This document shows, piece after piece, positions 42,597 to 57,072 of a stretch of DNA of 64,000 bases (the first letter of the stretch is position 1; the number at the start of each line of letters is the position of its first letter). The notes below the pieces were generated by a model. That model searched no databases. It was not told the origin of the DNA and worked only from the letters and a program-made list of their open reading frames with translations. The stretch is from the human T2T-CHM13v2.0 reference genome, Homo sapiens: assembly GCF_009914755.1 (NCBI RefSeq), contig NC_060927.1. One strand, written 5' to 3'. A program made the position numbers and the translations under genes.

Positions 42597-43678
42597 CTAA
42601 ATTGGGATTTCTAAACAGCTACCATGAGAACAAAGTCAAATATGTTTGAGAAATACTAGGTTAAACAAATTTAAACAGATTTATTTTCTTCAAATATTTG
42701 TTCATTTAAACTAAGAAGAACTAAGAATTTCCATGAGGGGCATAAAAAAGTTTTAAAAATGTAGTTTTCCAAACAATTTAATCATTGAGCCTCTTTTTTT
42801 TTTTTTTCCTCTCTCTTAGTTTCCCTTTTGGGATTTAACTTTGGAGAACACATTTTGGGAAATATCATGAGTTATGTTTGCTGAGGAAATTTTAAATTAG
42901 GTTCTCCAGGAAGGGTCCTGGCATCCATGTTCCAGGGCAATGGATTGTTGTTGTTGATGGTTTCTTCCTCCAAGCCGGAAGCAACTTTAAACCAAAGAGA
43001 GTTTAAAAACAAACCTCTTTCACTGGCCCATAACTGAGCCTATTGACTTTACCTGCACAAGAAAACACAGATAGAATCAGACAGAGGAAGAGAGAGAGAG
43101 AAAGAGAGTTCAAGAATTGGAGGCTGATATCTGGTTTAGAATTTTGAGGTTATCACACAATGCTAATTTCAAGCATCCCCTTTTGTTTTGTTATACAGTA
43201 TGTAGAAATCTAGAATGAATGAGCTTCTATAATCTGATAATGAGTCAAGATTTTAATGGCTAGTCTTCCAACACCCTGCTTATTTTAATGGAATTTTGGG
43301 TAATCAAGGCTTATTTTTGCTCAGTTGTGCTACATGTTAGAAAAGGGCAGTGATACTCTTACTTTTCAGATGAAGAAACTGATGCTTAGAAAGTTAGGGA
43401 TTTGCTGAGGTTACACACAGAGTGAATGGTGGAGTGAGTACTTGAACTTTTCTCTATTGCCCATGGATGTTATCCTTGGCCATACTTCTCAAAAAGGGGT
43501 GTAGTTATTGTACAATGAGGCTATAAAATATTTCCAAAATCATTTCATGTGATGGGTTACTAGGAGTATCATGAATGTAATGTTACTGTGTAGTAGTTAC
43601 TAATAAAATAGAATAATATTGTATGGAGATTTTCTTGCATAGGCAAGAATACCATTCTCTGCTAAGTTAGAAAACTTT

Positions 43679-45077
<1,399 letters not shown>

Positions 45078-47164
45078 TTATCTCCCTTCAAAACATACAT
45101 TTTTACTAAAATAAAATACATCCAATTAATGTTATTTAGAGTAAAAGACATGCAATTAAGTTTACATTTCAAAGTTAACTTCTGTGAAGGGCAGAGAGTG
45201 CACATTAAAAATGTCCTTGATTCTAGTCTACATAGTTTATTCTTTGGTAATAAAAAATACTTGGTTTAAAATGAAATTGTGTGAGAATTCAAATTTTACT
45301 TGACTAAAACAGTTGATTGTACTTCTGTTGTTAAATGACATTCAAAATTGAACCAAGTAGATCCTAAATGCACAAAGACCATGCTATATTTTTTCCCTTT
45401 ATAATTCATTGATTTTCAAAGTCATTGGAGCATATTTTTGTTTGTTTTTAAAAAATGTCTGCCATCTGACACAGCCTTTGCTGAGTATTGAGAAACATGC
45501 TTACTTGCTCTTTGTTTTGTTTTAGGAGGTGGATTCTTTCCTGTTAGCCTGGTTTATCTGCATCTGCAGTAATTAGTTGGATGGTGAATTAAATAAGTTA
45601 CACCTGAGTTAGTTGAGAGCTTTAATCTGCCTGCATGAGTAGGAAAATTCTAAGCTTTTACTGAACTGAAAAGTCAATTCATTGGCAAGATAGAGGGTGA
45701 CAATGGTAGCAGCTAATGAGCTTCTGTTGGAAGAGATTGAATAATTATTTAAAAATTCATTCATTGGCTGATTCAGCTGTCAGGACACGGCATCATCACA
45801 CATATGGCCTGGCCGCCTGGGCCTCTGTATGCTGAGGTTACTATGACACTTTCAGGAGAGTTCGCTCTCCAAAGCATCAACAACCACATTTTGACAATAG
45901 GAGTAAATGTGTGATGGACCTGTGTTTCTTAACCAAACTGAAATTCTGTATTTGGCTAACAGTATCTTGTATTGAGAAAAAAAATGGCTGTTCCATCTTC
46001 TGTTTGTTTTTAAAAGCCAGCAACAAGCTCTTGGCATCAATATTCGTAGTGGGTTTTCAAACACTCGGCAAAAAACATCAATAGCATCTGCTCACACCCC
46101 ATCACCCTATCCCACATTCATTTGGTGGATAGCTCTAACTAGCTGGATGGTTAAATTCTGCACCTTTCTGCATTTAAACTTAGCACTGTGGACTAACTCC
46201 AACATAGTTAGAAAGTTGCTTCAAAACAGTTGCATTTTGGCTTCCACCTTTCTCACTCATGAGGCCCAGGCCACTTGACTAAATAGCTGAGCCAGAAACT
46301 GTGGACTCCAGTCCTAGCCCCACTCTTCGATTGACCATAACAATCCTTGGATACAGAGGCAAAAGACCAAGATTTAAATCATGGTTGTATATTGGCTAGC
46401 TTTGAGCTTTTGGTCAAGTTCCCTAATTTTAGTCTTAATTTTCCTTATTTATAAAGATGGGGATCATATTTCTGTTCATCCCATCCCACAAGGTAACCAG
46501 CCCAATTTGGGAGGATCTTTCATTGTTACTTATAATATTATATTTAAATAAGTGTATACTTGCTACCTTCTGGTCACAGAATGTCTTCTGGAGAATGTCT
46601 ATCTTCATACCATATGACAGATCTTTGCATATTTGTGGGCTACTATCATGTAACTGTCAAGCCAACTGTTAAGGCAATGGAGATAAGCCACTGCCATTCA
46701 GCCTTATTTGCTGTCGTCATGGCATAGTTTCCTAAACCTTTATCCTCCTGGTTTTCTCAATGTACCTGTTAAGATATGGCATTCAAAACTGAACACAGAA
46801 CTCAAGTTGAGGGTCTTATATGTGTGCTTAATATGTCCTTATTCTGGAGATCTCAGAATGCAGTCCTAAGATTGCCTTAGCTATTTTTGGTAGCTAGATC
46901 TACTAATCTCATATTGAAATTTTAGTCCACAAAACCCATAGTTCTCTTTTACATCAACTTCACAGGCCTTCATATCTGCCTTCCTGTATTTAATAATAGT
47001 GATGTGACAGCTTTTATCAAGCACTTACAATATGCAAGGCATTATGCTGAATGATTTGCATACATTAACTGTTTATCTCTTAAAATTAAGTTTTAGTGCA
47101 AATTTTATTATTTTCTCTAATTTACAGATGAGAAAACTGAGGCTTACAGAAAAAGAAATATGAT

Positions 47165-47575
47165 TTTCTTGTGTAGAGCTTGTATGGTGCAATCCTGCTA
47201 AGTTCACTTATTAATTATAGAAACTTTTTATTTTTTATTTTTTAAAAAAGTTTCTTGGAATTTTCTATATAGACAATTATGTTGTTGGTGAATGGGATAC
47301 TTTTATCTCTTTCTTTCCAAACTGTATACCTTTAATTTCTTTTTCTTACCTTATTGCATTGGCTAGGACCTCCAGGACAATGTTGAGTAGGAGTGGTGAG
47401 AATTGACATCCTTGTCATGTTTCTTACCTTAGGTGGAAACCAGTCTTTCATTGTTGAGTATGATATTAGCTATAGATTTTCTTGTAGATGACCTTTATAA
47501 TTTTGAGGAACCTCCCTTCCCTTGGAACTGCCCTTTCTGGCTTGATAAGACATTGTTTTTAAAATCATGAATGGG
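47165..47575 (-). mobile_element. Old L1M ORF2 fragment
   Basis: cttattgcattggctaggacctccaggacaatgttgagtaggagtggtgag (RT region, minus). Confidence 0.75.
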
Positions 47576-47576
47576 A

Positions 47577-47820
47577 ACTGAATGCATTGGCATGCACCTT
47601 TAAGCCCCAGATACTTGGGAGGCTGAGGCAGGAGGATTGCTTGAGCCTAGGAATTCAAGACCAGCCTGGGCAACATAGCAATACCCTGTATGAATGTGCC
47701 AGGGATGGTGGCTCATGCCTGTAATCCCAGCACTTTGGTAGGCCGAGGAGGACAGATCTCTGGAGCTCAAGACTTCAAGACCAGCCTGGGCAACATAGCA
47801 ATACTTCATCTTTAGAAAAG
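47577..47820 (+). mobile_element. Two tandem Alu monomers (FLAM-like)
   Basis: Two left-monomer bodies at ~47577-47688 and ~47698-47820, each ending ttcaagaccagcctgggcaacatagcaatac. Confidence 0.75.
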
Positions 47821-50553
47821 ATGAGGGGAGAGGAGAGGAGGGAGACAAGGAGGAAGAAGAGCTATAGCATACAGGTTTGAAAATGACTTCCCACATGTTA
47901 CCTCATTTTATTCCCACAATGGCCCTGCAAGGTAGAAAGTACATGTATAATTAACCTTTTTAAACAGATGAGTTAATTTTGGCTCAGTGAGATTAGATGA
48001 CATGGCCAAGGTCACATAACTAGTAAGAGACTAGTATAATTTCCAAACCTTCTGCTCCAAAGATCAGTTTTTCTTAAAATAACACTTTGCTGCCTCTAGT
48101 AAAATTGAATTATCTGTAGTTCTTCTAGAGCTTGAGAGATAAAAGCCAGTGACTAATCTTTTAAAAAAAATTCATTCTTCCATCCTGCAAGTAAAGCAGG
48201 CACTCTAACAACACTAGACAATGCAGTAGTATTTCCTGCCTGCAAGGGATTTATTGTATAGAAAGAGAGAAGTGAAACAGATATAGCACTGTTATTCAAG
48301 ACGCTAGGTCAAAAGAGACATGAGAGAGTCAAAGAAAGTGCAATTGAATTTAGTAAGCTGTTTTTCTGTGTGATTTCAGGTACTAACAACTGTGTCAATG
48401 CATTTTTTTCTTTTACATATAGTGAAAATAATATGATTTCTGGAGGTCAGGGTGAATGTTGGTAGATGTTACAAAAATAAAAACATACTCAAATGCAATC
48501 TTTTGGTTTGGCAAGAAGGCCAGGTCATGGGATTTAAAATTCTATTAGTTTCAAGAAGAGCGACCAGTGAGTTGGACAGCCAACAGATGCCTATAAACAG
48601 ATAATCTATAGAGAACAGCATAGGCATTTATCAAAGCCACTGCCAGTAGATTAGTTGGGACTTTGGGCTATTTGCAGAAATCAGACATAGGTGAGTATTT
48701 GTTTCTTTGTCTCTAGTCAGAGACTGCAATGATTCCTTGTGACTTTTTCTGCCATCTTTGAGATCCTCCAAATCTATATTTCTATCTTTCCTCTGTTCAC
48801 TACCAGATAAGAGGACATCTTCACTTGGATGTCTATTGTATTTTGACATTATCCAAACAAAATCCATCATTTTTTCCCCATCACCCCAAGTCCCCAACTC
48901 AGTTTCTCTGATAATTATATTCTCTTTCAAGATGAAAAGTCTGAAGAAAGAGTATCAGCTCAAATCAGAAGCATCTGAGATGTGAAAATTAGATGTGTTT
49001 ACTGAGGTAGTGTTAGAATTTAGGAGAGCAGGCTTAGTGGTAGGTGTGGGGAATATGTTCAGGGGTTTGGATCTGTTATTCAGAGTATCTGATGTTACAT
49101 AGTTTATTCATACATTAATTCATTTGTTTATTAGTATTTGGGTCCACCATGTGCCAAGTTCTGGGTTAGGGACTGAGAAATGGTGGTGAATAAGATAGTT
49201 ATCACCACTGTTGATTAGAGCTCAGTCTTTGTCAGGAAGATGGCATCAGGGAGGCCCAGCAGGAGGTAAGGTGGATTTCTTGACACTGGTTGGGTTGTGA
49301 TATTGAAGAGTCTGGGGGATCATGCATGGCCGTAACATACTGATGTCAACTGGAACTTTGGTCTAACTTTCTGGTTCCGTGGGAATGGTTCCTATTTAAA
49401 CCAAGCAAGGGTCTTATGTCTAAAGTGCTGGTTCCAGGCGGGGAATGTGGCCCAGGAGAAGCAAGATAGGGTTCATATTATTAAAATCTGGTGAAGAGGA
49501 AGGGATGCAATATTTAATACAAGGCTGAACCCTGATCCTACTACAGAGGTACAAAGTTAGGGCAGGCTCTAGCAGCAAAGTTGACTCCATACAGAGTTAC
49601 TTGAGTCACCCAAGTAAATACATCTTAAACTTCCCTAGGAATGAGGCTCAGGGGATGTGCAGGAGATACAAGACTGAAAAATGATCTTATCTAGGGACCT
49701 GAGAGGATGTGGGGATCATAGACAGCAGTTTCCATGATACCATTTCCTTGGTTGCCAATGTATGAAAAATATAAATGCAAATATTAAAAATTTTTATTTT
49801 TAAAATATTCCTTACACATATAAACAATTGGATAAATGAACTTATAGCAAGCACACTTCATTCCTTCCTCCCTCCCTCTCTCCTTTGTTTCCTTCCTTCC
49901 TCTTTGTCCTCCTCCTCTCCTATTCTCTTCTCCAAAACATAACCCACAATAACAACCTACCATGTATCCTTCCTTATTTTTTTCTGGGCTATCTTTACAC
50001 AAATACATATAGCAATATACATGTATGAATACACACACTCATAATTTTCAGTCATTTATAAAATATTTGCATCTTGATTTCTTATTCAATATTAATTTGT
50101 GGAAATCTTTCTAAGTCAGTAGAAAACCCTGATTTATTTTTATTAATGGCAATATGATAGTCAATAATTTGGATGTATGGTCTTCTCTGTGGCTGTATCT
50201 TGCAGAAATTCCTATGTAATTGGCACCATGCAGGGGAATGCTTATCCCCAGTTTCAGTTTCTAGATGGAGGAGCTTTCGTTAGAGACTCTCCTGGCTTCC
50301 CTCTGCCTACTCATTCATTCCTCTCCAGGGAGAAGGGTGACCAGTGCAGTTGCTGATCTAGATAGAAGAGTCTCAGCCTTTTTTTTCTCTCTCTCTCTCT
50401 CTGGGAGCCTGTCTGCAGAGACCACCCATTCTATCCTGCTTCTCTGTTCCATACTGTGTAGGCCTGTCATTCTTCAATCTTGCCTGTTTGTGGCATGGGT
50501 GGGCAAGTGTATCTAATTCTGGAATGCATTATCAGTAGCTAAAGATTGAATAA

Positions 50554-50988
<435 letters not shown>

Positions 50989-51789
50989 CTATTGACATCC
51001 ATGAACCTTGTTTTAGGTTTGGTGAAGGTTTTAAAATTTAATTAAAAAAAAAAATTTACTCCTTCTCCTTGGCCATTTCAGGCATTTTTTTCAAAGGAAA
51101 GTTTAGAAGCTTCCTCTAAAACTGAAATGTCGATCACACTTACGATTCAGTCTTCATATTGCTGCCTTACTTTTTTCTTTGAGTTCCTTCCCCGGTGATT
51201 TGTACCATGATAGGGGTGTCATGGGGCAGATGATGGGGTGAGACTAAGGGCCAAGGAAGGGGCATGGGACCCTTAAGGAAGGTGACATCCTTTGACTCCT
51301 TTCGGGGTCTCACCATCTGACCACTGTTGTTTCAATTGTTCTTTGGACATCTGGCTCTTGCTTTCATACTATACCCTCTAACACCTTTCAAAAGAAAGTC
51401 CCAGCCTTGGAGGATGTAGTAGGGGGAATTGTTCTCTCTGTTTCTCCTCTTCCCTACCCTTTTCACTCTTCAGGGTAAAAATCTTCAATCTTATATTGCA
51501 ACAAGACCAAGCATTTTTATGTTCATTTTTCAAGACTGTCCTCAACCTCACTGCTCCTGATCTGGCTGATCTTGTTTCTGCCCCTGCCCACCACTCAGGA
51601 TCTCCCTTTCCTCCATCCAGACATACAACTCACTGGTCCTTAAGTGAGTCACTCTCATGGCTTCTTCTCTGCCTTCAGGGTCGACAGTGTACAAAGTCTC
51701 TCGCACTAGCGAGCTCCTTCAAGGTCCAGCTGAAGTTGTACTTGCCTTGTGGAACCTCATGCCCTCTCTGGTCTCACTGTATTTGGAAA

Positions 51790-51951
51790 CAGAGGCTCTC
51801 AGAATCACTTGAAGGGCTTGTAAAAACACAGATAGCTGGGCTCCACCCTCAGAGTTTCTGATTCGGGAGGTCTGATGTGGTGCCCAAGAACTAGCATTTT
51901 TAACAAATTCCCAGGGGATGCTGATGTGCTGGTCCACTTTCAGAATCACTG
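51790..51951. mobile_element. MER5A
   Basis: tcagaatcacttgaagggcttg...gggctccaccctcagagtttctgattc...ttaacaaattcccagg. Confidence 0.8.
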
Positions 51952-52477
51952 CAATGAAGCATCACAGCAATTTGCAGTAGCATCACAGAATTCCCTACTC
52001 AGTGATCTTGTCATTCTCTAATTATGTCACATGTCTTAGATACATCTCCCCAACCAAACAATGGTGGCCTTGAACTTCTCTTATCTCAGAGTGACTGGCA
52101 CAGAGCTATTAACGACTTTATAGAGTTGATTGGATGTGAACACCAACAGTGAAGAAAACTCAAGAGGCATCTGTGTTCTTCCAGGAGGAGGGTGGCCATC
52201 TGTCCTTGTTGTTGGCTGAATTCTCTCCTTTGCCAGACCCCAGGCTGGTTTCTGCCATTTCTTGTGGTCTGCTGAACTTCCACTGGGATGTGGTTAGCCA
52301 GCAACGGTTGTATCTGGGTGCCTGCAGTTGTGGCTTATTGCAAATTAACCCCTGGCCACTGGATGCCACTCTTATGTCAGAATTTTGGTTTGCCCATCTC
52401 CTGTTGTTAAACTCCTACCAGCAAATGTTTATTTGGAAGGTTGGGATAGAAGAAAATGTGAGGCCTTGAAATCAGAC

Positions 52478-52890
52478 TGTAGTGGATTATCTGAATAGCT
52501 CCAATTCTTCATCCCTTTGCCATAGGACTTTGCAGTTCTCCCACTAAGAGAGGTGGAATATATTCCCCTGCCCCTGAAGTTTGTCTGTGTAGCTTTCTTT
52601 GGCCAATTGAATGTTAGCATAAATGATGTGACCAAGAATTTCAAAGACGCTTGCACAATTGGAGTTGCTCTTCTGGGCCTCTGCCTTGGCCTTGAGGACA
52701 ACATGCCTGAGATAGCCTGATGCTCCCAGAAAGAAGAGAGACAGCTGAAGCAGAGTCACCCTGAGTCAAGCCCAGCTTAGACCAAGTGTCCCTGGGCTGA
52801 GCTGCAGATCTCTGAAAATAAATGAATGTAGGTTTAATCCACTGACATTTCGGGTAGTTTCTTTGGTAGCATTTTTGTCGCAATACATAG
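52478..52890 (+). mobile_element. MaLR solo LTR (MLT1H-like)
   Basis: tgtagtgga...actttgcagttctcccactaagagaggtgg...ttggccaat...aaataaatg...ccactga. Confidence 0.7.
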
Positions 52891-53056
52891 GTAGACTGGG
52901 GTCAACATCTGATCTCTAAAACTCACCAGCTGTGTTTTTGAGCTATACCCACCCTTTTGGATGGTACTCTTACATTTAAATGGGGCAAGTAGTATTTATC
53001 TTTAGGGTCATCGTCAGGACAAGAAATTATACATGTAAAATGCTGAGCTTGGGGCC

Positions 53057-53807
<751 letters not shown>

Positions 53808-54214
53808 GGCCCTTGAAGTTTCTGCTATAGCACCTGGCCCATGCGCCCAATGTGTGTTGGGTGCGTGAATAGAACCTTAAAGAGTGGTGGTGGTGAGAAA
53901 TGTCACACTGTGGGATTCAAGGGTTTGTTTACAATACTGTGACTGTGGAATGGGCCTCTACACATTTTCAAGGAATGTTAACCTCTCTAAATTTCTGGGA
54001 AACTAGAAGATTCCACTAAGCCTAGAGCGCAGTATGAGAAAGTAGTTCTATGTTGTCTCTGAGGCCTCTTTTAACCCCTCTGTGACCCTATAGTTTGTTT
54101 ATTCTAGGATCTTGGTTTTCTGAAAGTTTACTTCTTTCCACATGTCTTGTGCTATTTGTCCTGTTCCTTGGTGAATTATCTATGCCATGACTCCTCGCCT
54201 ATCATAAAGCCTGG

Positions 54215-54420
54215 TGGTTACTTAGTACTTACTGTATGTTAGATACTCTCTATGTCAATCTCTCATTCAGTCCTCACAACCTCACTAAAAGACTTCATAT
54301 TATAGATGAGAAAATTGAGAATTGAAGAGATGAAGTAGGTCACACAGCTAGTAAGTAACAGAGCTGATATTCTAGCCCATATCTGATTTCTAAACCTTTG
54401 CCTTTAACCTCCATGTCATA
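54215..54420 (-). mobile_element. MIR
   Basis: tctcattcagtcctcacaac...tatagatgagaaaattgag...ggtcacacagctagtaagt. Confidence 0.7.
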
Positions 54421-55214
54421 CTATATTATGCATGGGTAACTTTATAATACTTGTTTACCAGAAACTCCAGAATTACCCTATAGGAATTATCAAGGGAGTT
54501 TGAGCAGGAAGATGTCTGCAGAAACAGGGGATACAACATTATCAAAACACTCTGACCACTGGTTTGCTGGTGGTCTTGTTGGCAACTCAGCTGCATTTTT
54601 ATGTTGGAAAGTGGTTTGTGAATCATCCATTAGGTGTTGAGCCTCAATGTCATTTGTTACCAAGCCCCAGGAAAGATGCTAGGTGGCCTGTTTGTCCTCT
54701 GAGCTAATTGAGATGGGCGGATGTGATTCCAACCCTGCTATCGTCTCAAGAGTGTCATGGGTTTTTCCTAATTAATGTTTATAGCTCACCCTGGTCCCTT
54801 GAGATGGCAACAGAGGAAAAGATGTGCCAAATGGTTGCATGATAATTCTCATCCCACTGATTGATAATGGACTTTAGAATAATCTAAAGTCTGTCCTTGG
54901 GTTTAAGGCTGTTGCTGACCCTCATGTGTGGGCAGGTTAACCGAGGCACTGGAGTGCAAGGGATGCAACTGAAAGTCTGATAATTTCTTCACAGTTGCCT
55001 CTGAGGCCTGCCTAGGATTTGAATCTGCTCTCTTCCTCCCAGCATGAAGAGATTCGGTATGCAAAGTCAAACTGTCCTCTTCCTACCCATTGTTTATTGC
55101 TTTATTTACACTACACAGAACTAATCAGGAACACCATTGATGAGCCTGATGCCACTCAATTCCTGCTGCCCAGAAGGCGGGGCCTTTTCTGAGCAAGTAA
55201 AGCAGGAGAGAAGC

Positions 55215-55780
55215 AACACTACTGGTTACTCAAATAACATCTCCCTACCTTCTTGCTGACAGAATTTCAATTTTGTTCAGATAATTGCCTTTCAGGTGAC
55301 CCTATCCGAAGCTTGTGAGTGAATCCTGTATAGTCTAAGCCATGTGAGGTCTTCTCATTGCCCTAGACTGTTATTATGGTTGGGTGGGCATGTGACCCAG
55401 TTCTGGCTACTGGGATCTGAGGAGAAGTCTGCTGGTGCAGAGGCATTTGGGAAAATACTTCCTCTCTGAGAAAAAGAGACACAAGCAAGAAATAACCCCT
55501 TCTCTTCTGGCTGGTTGTTATTTTGTCTGCAGGTAGAACCCTTAATTGTGGCTACTGCCTTGTGACCATGGTGGAAACTCATTGAGGACAAAGCTAACAA
55601 GTTAAGAATAGCAGAGAGGAAAAAAAATGTTCTTATGGTTTCTTTGAACCTCTGAATGAAACACCTTAGGAACCATTCTTCCTTGGAACTTGTGCTGTGT
55701 GAAATAATACAATATCCTCATTGCTTAAAGCATTTTAAGTTGAGTTTTCTGTTAGGTGCAGCTAAAAACCTCATGATATA
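55215..55780 (+). mobile_element. ERVL solo LTR (LTR16-like)
   Basis: ggcatgtgacccagttctggc...gaggagaagtctgctgg...ttgcttaaagc. Confidence 0.55.
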
Positions 55781-57015
55781 ATAAAAAGTTGTTTAAAAGA
55801 AACGGAAAATTCTATGTAGATTCTAGGGTTGCACTGGCTGCTTTATTTGTTCTATAGTTTGTCTCTTCCTCCCTGTTTTGCTGCTCCTTTACATTTGGTC
55901 ACTCAGAGCCCAGATTAATTGTTGTCTGAATAAGCTTCCCTTGGCCTCCTCCATTCAGCACTGGTAGACTCTGCAGTCCAAGCCCCTGAGCATGATGCCT
56001 GTTGGTGTGAGGCAGAGGGACATGTGATCCACATGGAGGTGCAACTAGACAACTTCTAATGCTTTTTTTTTTTCTTTTTTTTTTGTCCACGCTGAGCATT
56101 TATGAGCAGTGGCACATACTGTTCTCTCTGTGAGGGATGCTCTTTCTTCACTCTGTCATCTCCACAACTTGGTGAACTCCTATTCATTCTTCGTGCTCTC
56201 AGCTCACGTGTCCCTTCCTTTCCTGAGTCTACTGTATCGATCAGCTTTCTTTGTTGCTTTTGTGGAATCATATTCTCTTCAGAGCATTTACCACAGGGCC
56301 TGATTATTTCCCTCTTACTATGATTTTTGATTAATGCCATTTTCCCCCTGTTGCCTGAAGTTCCAAGAAATCAGGAATCATGTCTCACGTTGATATCTGT
56401 TGCATCCCAGGTGGCTAGATCAGTGCCTTTCCTGTACTAATAGCAAATAAAATTTGCAGAATGAATGCATGAATATGCAAATTTCTGATATTTAGCAGGG
56501 GCTTAGTAAATTGTAACTGCCATTGTTATGGTGTTCTCTTATCAGACTTTCCAGCCATTTCATATTTCCTTATGTTCTCTTGAAAGGAATCCAGAGTCTT
56601 TCATCACTAAGTTGCCCTTTATGTATGCTACAAAGGAGCAGATGGTACAGAATACTCAGAAGTCCCAAGGGACTTTACCTCTCTGAGCCTCAGTTTCTTC
56701 ATTTATGCTGAGTTAGAGCCTTGCTTCTCTGGCATTCATAACACTCTCAGGAGTAGAATCAATCACAGGATGATTATGGCACATCTTCCTGGTTCATTGA
56801 TTTGACTTGAATACTTAGAAGAAAAGGAAACCCATATCATTAACAAAACTAAATGCTTTATTGAATCAAATTACAAAATGTGCACACATTTTTAGATAAT
56901 AAGATCCCATCTCCAAGTTCCTTGGTGCTAAGCATTCATGTGTCAGAATCACCCACAAGGGACCTGACCCTGTCTCCAGAGCTTTGTTTTCAACTGGCTT
57001 TGACTGGACCATCTC

Positions 57016-57072
<57 letters not shown>
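57016..57072. repeat. (CTAT)14 tetranucleotide STR
   Basis: Uninterrupted 14 units. Confidence 0.97.
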
